DNA of 64,000 nucleotides from Mobula hypostoma (GCF_963921235.1 NC_086097.1:191272001-191336000), one strand, 5' to 3'; positions 12,575 to 25,206 are shown, counted from the stretch's first letter. Translations and numbers: made by a program. The notes: generated by a model from the letters alone, not told the origin.

Positions 12575-13700
12575 TTTTAGGCTGAAAGAATGGGTCTGCC
12601 CCAGTGCAATGGCTTTTCCATGTTGAAATCTCTCCCACATAGGTTTCTTCATGCAGTTCTCATCATCTGAACTCCATCAATCTGTTACTGTCAGATGCGA
12701 TCAACAACCAAATTGTCATTTCACCTTAAATATGGAGACCAAAACTATACACCGTGGTTTTAACAATGCCCCATCAAACTGTAGCAAGATGACTTCCTTT
12801 ATATTTCGTCCCCTTTTTAAAACTATCTTCTTGAACACCTTCATATTAACTTCCTGTGTTTCATGAATGGGAATACACAGATCTCTTTGTCCCGCAATAC
12901 TGTTTAGTATCTCGCCATTTAAACAAAACTCTGTTTTCCTGTTCAAGCAGCACACACAAAATGCTGGTGGAATGCAGCAGGCCAGGCAGCATCCATAGGA
13001 AGAAGCACAGTTGACTTTTCAGGCCGAAACAATTCGTCAAGGGTCTCGGCCTGAAACATCGACTGTGCTTCTTCCTATGGATGCTGCCTGGCCTGCTATG
13101 TTCCAACAGCATTTTGTGTGTGTTGCTTGAATTTCAGGCACCTGCAGATTTCCTCGTGTTTGCGTTTTTCTATTCATTCCACCAAAGTGGATCATCTCCC
13201 CATATCATTCTCCACCTACCCACTAGTTAACCATATACAGCCCTTTACGAATTCTTTGCATGCTCCTCACATCCTGCTTCCACAGCTATTTCATACCAGT
13301 GACAAATTTGATTATATCACACCTGATCCCTTCTTCTAATTCATTCATATGGATAGTAAATTGTAGAGGTCCCCTTACTGATTCCTAGTTACAACTTGAC
13401 AACCTGAAAATGATCCATTAATCCTATGGCTCTGTTTTCTGTTGGTTAGCCAACTTTCTACCCATGCTGGTCACGTCATACATAACGCCATGTTTTACAT
13501 CACGCAGTAATCTTTCATGTGGATCATATTGAATGACTTCTGAAATTCTATATATATATTTTATCTACTAGTTCCCCTTTATGGAACCACATTTATTCAA
13601 TACTAATAAATTTATCAAACTTGATTTCCATTTCATAAAGCCATATTCATTCAGCTTGTCAGGTCTAATTTCCAAACTATCCTGCTACTATTTAATAATG
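12575..13700 (-). mobile_element. Old CR1 fragments with a Penelope foldback insert (~12943-13166)
   Basis: ORF 12716..12955 (LNGEILNSIAGQRDLCIPIHETQ). The insert has ~88-bp inverted arms. Confidence 0.7.
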
Positions 13701-13705
13701 GATAC

Positions 13706-13869
13706 CTTAACAGACGTTGAGGAAGATCTTCTTTATGCCACAAGCAGTACAGTTACTTCATGGTTCTGACCATTTTCATATCTTTCTACCCATCAGGATT
13801 CCTGAGTCCTTGAGCTGTACTGTATGTGAAAATCCTGTTGAACTGGAGTTACTGCTGACTTTGTCAGCC
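13706..13869 (-). pseudogene. Decayed exon (164 nt)
   Basis: ttttgcag|GG LTKSAVTPVQQDFHIQYSSRTQES*WVERYENGQNHEVTVLLVA*RRSSSTSVK|gtatcc. Confidence 0.6.
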
Positions 13870-15207
13870 CTGCAAAACATTTCCTACCATTATTTGGAAA
13901 TATGTAAAGATGGGAGAACCGCCCTAAAGACCCATCAAACAATACCATAATAAAACTACACTTACAAATTCCTACTTTTCAACCAAACTGCTGGTTCAAG
14001 GTGGAACCAGGTTGCAATATCTGTCAAGACTGTGGCTCAGACTTGGTTGTTTCTTAGGTTCATAGGGATGATTTTGGGGACAGCGTGGGAAGTTACGGGT
14101 CAGGTTAGGCTTTAGGAACAGGGTTGGGGGGTTAAGTTAGAAGTCAGAGGCAGTAAATGAAAAGTCAAGGTCAGAAGCCAGTGGTTGGGAAGCTCTGTGG
14201 ACTAAGGTCAGAGATCTCCTGGAGTCAGATCGAAGACCAGCAATTTCCACATTCAAGGAACATGGTCAGCTGACCCCAAAGACAAAGGCTAGTGAATCCC
14301 AGGTCAACAATTCCTGGCATTGGAAGATCATGCAGGCTGGAGGCACAGGAGCCAAGAACCCACAAGTCAATGAATCCCAGGACTGAAAATTCATGCAAGT
14401 CTTGATATTGAAGTCCAAAGTTCAGAGTATCGTGATCAGTGAGTCCTGAGCTCGATACAGAAAATAAAATCTCAAAAGTCAAAGACAAAAGTTGGTGAGT
14501 CCACAGCATGTCCGGATGTCAGAAGCTTGATAATCTGTGAATTTGCAAATCCAGACCAAGGACTAGAGATTGGAGACCTGATGTCTGCAATCAGAGATGC
14601 AATTGCTTGTTAACACAAATAATGCATTTCACTGTACATTTGGATATACCTCTGATAAATAAATGAACCAGAGTATGATCTTCCAGACCCTTCCATACTT
14701 AAAACCAAGTACAAGCTGAAGGATGAAAACTACACTTTATAGAAATAGCTAAGTAATGCAATAACCAATGAATCAGATCACAGCTCTGCAGTTAGTCCTG
14801 CCACATCATGAATGGAAGTGATATATTAAAGAGCAAAAGGGAGGAGGAGGAGGCTCCATCAACTTCCTTATCTTAAACAATATCGATATTAGCACATGAA
14901 CATAGAAGGCAAAGCTGAAGTGTATGATCTGTATAATCAAACCCGGCTTTCTCCTAAAGTCCCTGTCATTATTGAAAGCAGTCAAGTTAATTAAAGAAGC
15001 TAAAACACAGCAAAGATCTTGTTTTAAAGAAACTGAAGTTGAAATGTTATGACTAGTTCATTCAGTGCCATAATTTCAGTAACTGCAAAAGTAACCCTCT
15101 TGGATACCAGAATATGGCATATATGCACTTTATGAAACTTATACTCCACAGAATACTTTATATTTGTTAACTTTGCGTAAATATTATTTTTTGTGCTGTA
15201 TTTGTTA

Positions 15208-16557
15208 CACTGGACAATAAAGACTTTGCTTCCTGAATATTTTTGGGTGTGTCTTATGAATTTTGGGCTGCTGTTCATGAAAATCACCATAACATTTTCC
15301 AATCACATACCATTTTTTCCCCAATCATCTATATTTGTTATTTCAATTCATAACTCAAATCAGTTAAAATGTTGCCCACAATATAATCTGAGAAGTTATC
15401 CATCTTGTCCAGATATGCCTGGGCATACTTAGGCAGGGCGGATGATGCATGAGAGAACAGGTTTTCAGAAAGGCTATAAAAGCATCATGCACACACGTCG
15501 CATTTACAGGTTTATTGGTTTGCAACCATGTTGATATGCATGCTCTACGCACATAGCATATTATGTGTATTCATTGTAATAAAAATAAATATTTTCATGA
15601 GTATTCATGATAGCAAAATGTCTTAGCAATGTTGCAACTGCCGCAATACTTTGTTTTGTTGCACATCATACATTGTCAATCTTAGGGCTTGACTCAGGCA
15701 CAAGCTGCTCGCTGTCCTGATGATATGCTGGGAGCAGAAGGATCATGTGACAGACTGCTACTTCTCTGATCAATGTGTTTGGTTTCTCTACTAAAAACAA
15801 GAAATCCATTAAATGCCCCAGTTTCCCTTCAGCCCAAAACCTGTGCTGCATGATGATAATCTTCCAGTACCAAAGCCACCAGAGACATGGAGTCTAGAGG
15901 AGGAAGATAAAGATACCATGAAGAACGACCCAGGAATGGTAAGTGACACTGTTACTGATACAGATTTTGAACACATTATGTCAAGTGAACCTCATCTGAT
16001 AACTCAGTCTGAGTAAACTGACCTGATCAGAGATGGGTTTGTCAAAGGCAAACACAGAATTACTGGGTTCAAGACTTCAAAGATAGAATCTGCTGTCACC
16101 AGACACAAATATTTCTCTTTTGCAACCGCAAAGAAGATCTGACGCAATTTTTGGGTCAAGTTGATTATCTGTGTTTCTGCACTGACATTAATAGGCTGTT
16201 GATTGTTTTGGCTTGTCAGCATGGCCCACAACAATGGTGTCTTTTTATTGATTCTTCAGTGTTAGGCCTGAAAGCTGTGCTGTACTACAACAGCCATGTC
16301 CGCTCTTCAACACCAATCAGCTGTGCAGTAACTTTTGAATAACAAAACATTTTGCAGTAGTTCAACTGAACTAAACGTGTCAGCAGCATTATACAATTAA
16401 ATGCATTATATTCAATAAAAGTTAATTTCCTGTTTGCCCAAATTCCTATGTGATACAGTAGTCTTAAATTATATTTGTGTTTAGCTTGAAGCAGTCTATC
16501 ATAACCACAGGAAATTTTTGAGGAAGCAACATTTCCAAAAGAATTTGCTGTCCAGTG
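15208..16557 (+). mobile_element. Chapaev3-like (CMC superfamily) DNA transposon, internally deleted
   Basis: TIR cactggaca.../...tgtccagtg plus inner ttgcttcct/aggaagcaa; flanks TTA/TTG. Transposase remnants W.EQKDHVTDCYF, PVLHDDNLPVPKPP, EPHLITQSE...ELLGSRLQ, WCLFIDSS..LKAVL. Confidence 0.75.
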
Positions 16558-16719
16558 TTGCTGGTTCTGTGTTTTGCTTCTTGATTCCCGAGGAACGTTG
16601 TTTCATTTAGCTCTATACCTATGTATGGTTGAATGATTATAAATTCAAACTTGAGCAAATTTTTTTTTAATATTAGTGCAAAACAAACTTAAAAAAATTG
16701 ACAACCCATTTAATATACC

Positions 16720-18461
16720 ACCTGATTTCATTTATCATTGAATAAAATGAAAAAGAACTCTATACCTTCTCTAGCTCCCTGCAAGCATAATTTCCAACTG
16801 AGAGTGTGAGATTGCAGAATTACTCCCTTTGTAATATTTGTACTATGCTTGTCTTCATTCTGATCCCCACTGATTGCTGTATCATGTGTAAAAAAGGAAA
16901 AAATTGGGGAATCTTGATTACTGAGCAATTTTTGTTAACCACAAGGGGTTCATTCTGTTATCACAGATAATGGAAGATCCATTCTATTTCAGTGATTTAA
17001 ATCAGAGTAAACTAAATCACTGTGTAAAACAGAGAGGCATCCAACTAAACTGCAGGTCTGCAAATAAGTAACAAATTGGTTGAAAAATACTTTTGAAAAT
17101 TGACATATTGCTTCAGAGCAGAATTACATTATTTTGGGTCATGGCTCCTTGCTGTACTTTCCAGTGGATGAGGTGATTTTTAATAAATTCTTTACTTCAT
17201 TACGTTGTACCTAAAGGGTCAATAAAAAGGATGAAATTCACTGTTTCATTTGAATTGAGGACATTGGGGACTCAAGCACCTCGAAGTTATTATTTCACAT
17301 ATGCTTCTGTCATCTTGTCCCCTCTGTAGTTTTGTAATTTTCTTCAATTCTACAACCTTCCAAGTTATCTTCATTCCTCAAAGAATGGAGGTAAATTTAT
17401 CCCAACTCTTCTGGTATAAATCTTTCACAGTTGCATCAATTGCCACTTTTTATTTGAAGTATTCACACCCATTTTTTCTTATTTTCCAGTTATGTCAGAT
17501 TAAAATGACCCAAATATACTTCAATATGAAAAGGTAGGGTTAATAAACTTCTATTCAATGCAGCTAGCAATTTTCATACATTCCAATGATAAATTTATCT
17601 TAATTCAGCATACACAAAGTCAGAACACCTTAACAAAATTCTCTGTCATTTCCAAGCAATGACAATGTTGAGGAAAGAGGATTATAAAAGAAAATTCTGG
17701 TTAAATAAAAACTATTAATAAATACATGCTAAGTTATTCATTTCTCTTCAATAAAGGAAAATAAGAACAAATCACAGAGAAGTCCTCTATTTCATTTCCT
17801 TTGCTGGCTAACTGCATGTACAATCTCTGGTATCTGCTGTTTCATGCTGTAAATTAAATGCATCTTCCAAAGATATTTCCAGATGTTAAATAATGCTATC
17901 TCAGCAATTAAAAGGACTTCAATTTATGCAGAGCATTGTTTAGTCATTCCTTCTTTTTTATTGCCATTGTCTGCTGAAAGTTATCAGGAAATTAAATGAT
18001 GCTGGAGGAAATAAAAACTTGGGCTGTGATTGTAATGGGTTCTTGCAGTCAAATTTAATAGCACTTGGATTCTTACAGTTTCAATGCTTTCTTCTTGTTT
18101 TAATATTCACAAAGAAGAAAAAAGAAACCATTCTTGTTAAATAATGGATAGATTATTTTCAAATAATCCAACTGTGGGCTGCAAAATGTATATATTTGGG
18201 AAAGAAAATAGATAATACTGCATGAATACTTTCATCATGAATGTTCAATAACTGCTTTGCTGTGAAGCAAGATGACATTTATTGAAAATTTCATGTACTG
18301 CTAAGTTCTGAAAAGAGTGATGCCGAGGAAAAATAAAATGCTGGCAAAAAGAATTCTTGTGTTTAAGTAAACATTTTATTTTGTTTGAAACATTGAATTT
18401 GTAAGGAATTGAAATTACAAAGCATTTGAGATACATCTGCAATATTTTCAGCAGAATAATT
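16720..18461 (-). pseudogene. Decayed very large AT-rich exon (~1.7 kb), 3' end uncertain
   Basis: gttgtag|A ATT ATT CTG... includes ORF 18245..18442 and continues SY*TFMMKVFMQYYLFSFPNIYILQPTVGLFENNLSII*. Later protein-like tracts such as VAIDATVKDLYQKSWDKFTSIL. May continue past the Chapaev element to ~15020. Confidence 0.55.
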
Positions 18462-18609
18462 CTACAACTGTGTTATGTAATAATAAGAAAAACAGTTTGA
18501 AAAGTGTAGGTTGATTCACATCTGCAAGAGAAATATTGAGATTACTAAATAATTTAAAGGGCTAACCATGCCTTCATAACTGAAATACATATGAGGAAAG
18601 AGTGCTTAC

Positions 18610-18680
18610 GTAGATGGGTCAGTGTTTCAATGAGAGAAGGTTGCATAAATGGCCTAGATGTAATGAAGGCCTTCTGCTAC
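18610..18680 (-). pseudogene. Small exon (71 nt)
   Basis: cttcag|VAEGLHYI*AIYATFSH*NTDPS AC|gtaagc. Phase 0 in and phase 2 out match the neighbours. Confidence 0.65.
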
Positions 18681-18999
18681 CTGAAGCTGTTCTGTCTTTG
18701 CATGTTATAATGTTTCAGTGTCATTCTAATTCAGAATTACACCTAATTCACCATTCCTTTGTTGCTCATATGCTGTATGTACTATAATTACAGTATATGG
18801 TTTTATTAAGTACTACTTGTAATTGTTTTGCCACAGTACAATCATTTCCCTAGGCAGCATCTTGCCAAAACTGGTATTTCATTCTAAGACCATATGGGGT
18901 GCTAATACATTCAAGGATATTGTAAAACAAAAATAGCTGTGTGTGAGAAGCTGATTCAAGCATATGGAAGCCATCTATATGCAGCTTGGAATCCTGTAC

Positions 19000-19387
19000 A
19001 CAACATAAATTCACCAATGACACCGCTGTTGGTACATTCTCAGATGGTGGCAAGAAGGGGTACAGGTGTGAGGTAGTTCAGCTGGTTCAATTATATTGAA
19101 ACCACAACCTCACACTCAAATCTTGTAGACATCCGGTGAGGTACGTAATGACCAGCTGGATCGTAGCCTAGTTTGGTGATTCCAATGCACAGGATCTGAG
19201 GAGGATGCAAAGGCTTGTAGACTCAGCCAGCTAGCCAGCTCCATCATGGGCACCTTCAAGAGTTGGTGCCTCAGGAAGGTAGCAGCCATCACTAAGGACC
19301 CTCACCATCCAGGACATACCCTCTTCTTGTTACTAATATTGAAGAGCAGTACAGAAGCTGCAAGACCCACACTCAGTCATTCAGCAA
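19000..19387 (+). mobile_element. Rex1/Babar LINE fragment
   Basis: CLRKVAAITKDPHHPGHTLFLLL is the Rex1 RT C-terminus. Confidence 0.7.
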
Positions 19388-20017
19388 CAGCGAGAGGATT
19401 CGAGTACAGGAGCAGGGAGGTACTACTGCAGTTGTACAAGGCCTTGGTGAGACCACACCTGGAGTATTGTGTGCAGTTTTGGTCCCCTAATCTGAGGAAA
19501 GACATCTTTGCCATAGAGGGAGTACAAAGAAGGTTCACCAGATTGATTCCTGGGATGGCAGGTCTTTCATATGAAGAAAGACTGGATGAACTGGGCTTGT
19601 ACTCGTTGGAATTTAGAAGATTGAGGGGGGATCTGATTGAAACGTATAAGATCCTAAAGGGATTGGACAGGCTGGATGCGGGAAGATTGTTCCCGATGTT
19701 GGGGAGGTCCAGAACGAGGGGTCACAGTTTGAGGATAGAGGGGAAGCCTTTTAGGACCGAGATTAGGAAAAACTTCTTCACACAGAGAGTGGTGAATCTG
19801 TGGAATTCTCTGCCACAGCAAACTGTTGAGGCCAGTTCATTAGCTATGTTTAAAAGGAAGTTAGATATGGCCCTTGTGGCTACAGGGCTCAGGGGGTATG
19901 GAGGGAAGGCTGGGTTCTGAGTTGGATGATCAGCCATGATCATAATAAATGGCGGTGCAGGCTCGAAGGGCCGAATGGCCTACTCCTGCACCTATTTTCT
20001 ATGTTTCTATGTTTCTA
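19388..20017 (+). mobile_element. Young CR1 3' fragment
   Basis: Open frame ARGFEYRSREVLLQLYKALVRPHLEYCVQFWSP...GGKAGF, (tttctatg)n tail, near-identical to 36015-36637. Confidence 0.95.
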
Positions 20018-20059
20018 TTTTCTTACCCTCCATCATTTCTAAATGGTCATGAACTCATG

Positions 20060-20390
20060 ATCATCAGAATCAGGTTTATTATCACTGGCATGTGATGTGA
20101 AATTTGTTAACTTAGCAGCAGCAGTTCAATGCAATACATTATATAGAAGAAAAAGAAAATAATAATAATAATAACTAAATTAATTAGAGTATGTATATAT
20201 ATATATATATATATAAATGGATTAAAAATTGTGCAAAAGCAGAAATAATATATATTAAAGAAGTGTCTAAAGGTTCAATGTCCATTTAGGAATCAGATGG
20301 CAGATGGGAAGAAGCTGTTCCTGAATCGCTGAGAGTGTGCCTTTATGCTTCTGTACCTCCTACCTGATGGCAACAGCAAGAAAATTAGTT
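20060..20390 (-). mobile_element. Rex1-type LINE 3' end
   Basis: Starts atcagaatcaggtttattatcactggcatg, the reverse complement of the tail at ~21440-21468. Confidence 0.7.
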
Positions 20391-20879
20391 ACTCATTGTT
20401 CTTTATCCTGCAATGATTTTGTAAATTGTAATAATTTAATATCTTTGTACTGTACTGCTGCTGTGTATTTCTTGTCGTGTAAACTGGAGATAATAAATCT
20501 GGTTTAGATTCTGAGATATATGGATCATTGGGCTCTCTTTCTGTGTAGGTGGGATTTGTACAGGAGGTATAGGTTGCAACTAAGCTGGGTGCAACCCTTG
20601 CATTGTGGATCACCAGTGTGACTCAGAAACATTTAGAGTGACAGTGTGGTCAGAACCAGAGCTACTGGTCAGAAGGTGCAGGATTTGATGGAAAGGTTGA
20701 GATTATGACATCTGAAGGGAAGGACTAGCAAGTATATGTTAAGGAACATGGTGATACTAGTTTACTGAAGTGTTAATTTCACAAGAACAAGAGGCTTTGA
20801 TGTGGCAGAATTTGTGAGATGCAGCCAAGAGGGTTTCTTGAAATGGTCCAACTAGAGAAGAGACATGAACCTAGCTGGC

Positions 20880-21468
20880 ATGTCAACAAATACTCAAAAA
20901 CTTCTATAGTTGTACCGTGGAGAGCATTCTGGCATTCTGATAGGCAGCATCACTGTCTGGTATGGAGGGGCTACTGCACAGGACCGAAAGAAGCTGCAGA
21001 AAGTCGTAAATCTAGTCAGCTCCATCTTGGGCACTAGCCTATAAAGTACCCAGGACATCTTTAGGGAGCGGTGTCTCAGAAAGGCAGCGTCCCTTATCAA
21101 GGACCCCCAGCACACAGGGCATGCCCTTTCCTCACTGTTACCATCAGGTACGAGATACAGAAGCCTGAAGGCACACACTCAGCGATTCAGGAATAGATTC
21201 TTCCCCTCTGCCATCCGATTCCTAAATGGACATTGAAGCTTTGGACACTACCTCACTTTTTAAAAAAAATATACAGTATTTCTGTTTTTGCACATTTAAA
21301 AAAAATCTATTCAATATACATAATTGATTTACTTGTTTATTTATTATGTTTTATTTTATTTATTATCATTTTCTTTCTCAACTAAATTATGTATTACATT
21401 GAACTGCTGCTGCTCAGTGAACAAATTTCACATCACATGCCAGTGATAATAAACCTGATTCTGATTCT
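20880..21468 (+). mobile_element. Rex1/Babar LINE 3' part
   Basis: RCLRKAASLIKDPQHTGHALSSLLPSGTRYRSLKAHTQRFRNRFFP; (ctgatt)n tail. Confidence 0.85.
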
Positions 21469-21550
21469 GACTGAGTTTTCAATGGGAGAACATGCTGCAG
21501 ATGGTGATCATCAGTCCTTAAGATTTAAGCAAGTTATGGATAAGGACAAG

Positions 21551-21778
21551 CAACACACACAAAATGCTGGAAGAACTCAGCAGGCCAGGCAGCATCTATG
21601 AAAAGGAGTACAGTCGATGTTTCGGGCTGAAACCCTTCATTAGGACTGGTGAAGGGTCTCGGCCCAAAATATCAACTGTACTCTTTTCCATAGATGCTGC
21701 CTGGCCTGCTGTGTTCCTCCGGCATTTTTTGTATGTTGCTTGGATTTCCAGCATCTGCAGATTTTCTTTTGTTTGTGA
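21551..21778. mobile_element. Penelope-like end insertion arranged as a foldback
   Basis: ~90-bp inverted arms; 15-bp TSD atggataaggacaag (21536-21550 and 21779-21793); degenerate hammerhead motif. Confidence 0.7.
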
Positions 21779-22549
21779 ATGGATAAGGACAAGTCTGGAT
21801 CTAAGGAGAAAGTATTAAATTGGGCAGGACCAGTCACAGCCATACATGAAACATTGGAGGTACTCAATAGGTCAGACGGAGACTATAGAGGGAATTGGAC
21901 AGTTGACAGTTTAGGTTGAGACCTTTCATTAGGACTGGAAAGAAAGCGGAGTGATAGCCAGTAAAAAAAATATTAGGGGAAGGCGTGCAGCAAGAGCTAG
22001 CAGGGGATGATAAACAAGGAGGGAGAAAGTGGGAAAGCTGTAAGAAGCTGATAGTTGGATGTAATACAGGGTTGAAGAAGGAAGCTAATCAGAGAGGACA
22101 GTGGACCATGGAATAAAGGGAATGATACGAGGGAGGAAACTAAAGGGAGAGATGTATGGGTGGTGGAGGGAAGAAGAGGGATGGGACTGGTGGAATAAAG
22201 GAATTAGAAGGGTGGTTACCAGAAGTTGGGAGAATTTTTGTCCAGACCGATAAGCTAATTGCAGCATTTTTAGACAGGAGCGTGGGAGAGTGAATCGTGT
22301 GCAATTGTTATTGGTTAAGTGTCTGCTTAATATATGGGAGTAATTTAAACACCATCTAACCAATGTTTAGGACAGACATATTCCTGTGAGGTATAAGAAC
22401 AAAGATGGTAAAGTAGAGGAACCTTGGATGACGAGAGAGAGGTGGTAAATTTTAGTCAAAAAGAGAAAGGAAGATGTGTAAAGTTTAAAAAGCTGAAATT
22501 GGATATCACCCAGAAAGTCAGAAAGAATTAGGAGGGCCAAAGAGTATCT

Positions 22550-23428
22550 TGTAGCCCGGGGAAAAAGTACACGCTCAGGACAACAATTACTTTTTCAGGT
22601 TTTAATTCCTTTATCAGTTTTCGATGTTTAAGTGCCAGTAGAGAGCGAAACAAAACGAACGAATTTGCAACCAGTTCTTGCTGTTACAATCTCAGTTTAA
22701 CTTCTGATTCACACCCTTCTGTATGGAGAGAATTGCGTATGCAGTATAAAAAACACCGGAACTAATATGGTACAAATACGGTAATGGCAATCCTGAAGGA
22801 ACCCAATACACACAACATTAGAATCCCACCCACCCTGCATCTTATACATAACAGTGAAAAATGTAAGCGAATACATCTCACCTAAGACGTACACACGTGC
22901 TGAACTTCCGAACAGAGACTAAACATTCACGTTACGCAGTTACATGCACAATCAGTCCCGATACCATAAAGTTAGACAAAATGTACACTTTAGCACAACT
23001 TTTACAAGGTATTGCCTGGTAGTTAAATTACAGGAAGACTGACCTACTTTGCTGGTGAGGAACTTTGCCCAAGCCACGCAATCCAGTGTTGAGTCACTTA
23101 CTCGAGAAGATCTAAAGCATCCACATGTAAAATGTGTCAAATTACCGATATTCTCGATCCACCAACAAGCATAAACAAATTCACATGGATATCGTCAATT
23201 AATGCTCACCTTTCCTCACCATGCCCAGCACACTCTGGGAGAGGCCAAATTTCAACACCTTACCACATCTTCAGCAGAAAGCAAAATGGTCTCCCCGCTA
23301 TCTCGCGCGTGTCTAATGACATCACCGTCTCCCTTAAAGGCACAGACAACTATTCTAATATTACCCGGATGGATGTCTAAGTACACCTTTGACAATACTG
23401 AATAAGATCCAATGGTCACCCGGTTACA
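22550..23428. mobile_element. Unclassified ~880-bp insertion, probable solo LTR, within a CR1 fragment
   Basis: Ends tgtagcccggg.../...cccggttaca (TG..CA, imperfect inverted). CR1 sequence is continuous on both sides. TSD not clean. Confidence 0.6.
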
Positions 23429-24212
23429 AGTATATATGAGGTCCTTGGCAAGTAGGATTAAAGAGAATCATGAGGCATCTTTTCATACATTAAATGAAAA
23501 GGATGATTAGAGAGAAGGTACGATTGCTAAAGAACAAAGTAAGAAATATTTGGAGTCAGAGGATATCAGCAAAGTACTTTGCACTGGTATTCACCAAGAA
23601 GGAAGGCATGGAGGTGAGACAGGTATAGTTAGAGGAGGTGTGCAGGGCAAGATTTTTATCCAGAGGGTATTAAGTGCCAGGAGTGCACTGTGGTTGTGGT
23701 AGCAGATGTGGAAGTGACTTTTAGGAGGCTTTTAGATAGGCACATGAATGTGCAGGGAATGGAGGGATACAAGTTATGTAGAGGCAGAAGGGATTGGTTT
23801 CATTTGAATCACGCTTGGCATAGACATCATAGGCTGAAAGGCCTACTCCTATGCGGTATTGTTCTATGTCCTAATACAAAAGCAGATTTAAAAAGTTAAT
23901 GTTATTGCCTCAACTCTTACCTTCTTGGGCATTCCTTCAGGATTGAGAAAGACTTTCTTCCCGTCTGGTTTTGTGGGTGGTGTGATGAGACCAGTGTGGG
24001 AATTGCACACTAGATGGAGCACAAGATGGCTGATACGATGGTGGGTGTGTAAATGCTGAGTTGATCCTCTCCCTCCACTTATGGAGGGGCTTTAGTGCAT
24101 TCTTGTGGTGTCTCCTTGTGGTTCCAATCCCATCCTGATCCTCTGCCAGTTTGAATTGTAATGGGTGACAGGCTCTCAGGAGTCAATGTGAATGTTACAT
24201 TTCTTCAAGGAA

Positions 24213-24446
24213 CATAGACACTGGAGATACTCCAGATGCTGGGAATCTACAGCAATGCATACAACATGCTAGAGAGCTCAGCGTGTCAGGCAGCATCTGT
24301 GGATGGGAATAAACCTTTCAGGCCAAGACCCTACATCAGGACATCATGTTCCTGATGAAGGGTCTCGGCCTGAGCCATCAACTGTTTATTCCCATCTATA
24401 GATGTTGCCTGACCTGCTGAGCTCCTCCTGCATATCGTGTGTATTC
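24213..24446. mobile_element. Penelope-like end insertion arranged as a foldback
   Basis: Inverted arms around catcaggacatcatgttcctgatg; 10-bp TSD cttcaaggaa (24203-12 and 24447-56). Confidence 0.7.
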
Positions 24447-24544
24447 CTTCAAGGAAGCTTTATGCACATTCTTAAATCTTGTCTTCTGTAGTATCTTCCA
24501 CTGCCTAGTAATGCAACAGAACTAGGATTAAATTTAAGATTTAC

Positions 24545-24607
24545 CCATTCATTTAACTCCATTCCCCACTGGACAAGTCATTTCTCAGCTGTTCTGGGCC
24601 AGGCCTT
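24545..24607 (-). pseudogene. Small exon (63 nt)
   Basis: cttttag|KAWPRTAEK*LVQWGMELNEW|gtaaat. Phase 0/0. Confidence 0.6.
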
Positions 24608-24658
24608 CTAAAAGATTTGGGATATTGTTACACAGTTATAAGTAATGCAGTAGCCTAC

Positions 24659-25206
24659 CTTTATGCAAAGTTCAGAATTACTTGATAGACTTCTCTTGTT
24701 AGTTGCCTAATTTTCTTTGTCTGTGTTGACTTCCAAGTTAATTCCTGTCAGTATATGATTGACACAGACATGGCTGCTGTTTTATTTTACATCTCCTGTT
24801 TGTGTTGGGTTCTGTTGAAAGTATAAAACTTCCCTCTTATGACTTTCATTGCAGTGAAATGGAACTCTCCTTGTGCTGCAATCTTGCACACAAATTGACA
24901 AAAGTACTTAATTGAAGCAAATTGTTTGCACATCAAACCAAAATTGATATTGAAAATGATAACTACTTTGGGAAAAATATAAAGTTTAATCCTGATTTGT
25001 GGCAAATGCTAAACACTATGGATGCTGGAAGCTTAAAATCTTTTGTGGCATTGATAATTTGTGGCATAATAAATAACATAGGTTATTTATTAATAACCTA
25101 TGTTTGTTCCAAGGATTGTGGATCTGTCCTGAAAAAGGTCTGAGTTTTCATGATTTATCTGTGGGTGGCACTGTGAACTTCTTGTAAGCAGAGTTCAGTT
25201 CACAGA
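24659..25206 (-). pseudogene. Decayed exon (~550 nt)
   Basis: atatttcag|TC TGT GAA... reads CELNSAYKKFTVPPTDKS*KLRPFSGQIHNPWNKH.... Frameshifts into ORF 24787..25005. Ends ATA AAG|gtaggc. Confidence 0.65.

Noticed and set aside
19246..19920. 224-aa ORF as a fusion gene
   Set aside because: Chance in-frame junction of a Rex1 remnant and a young CR1 insertion.
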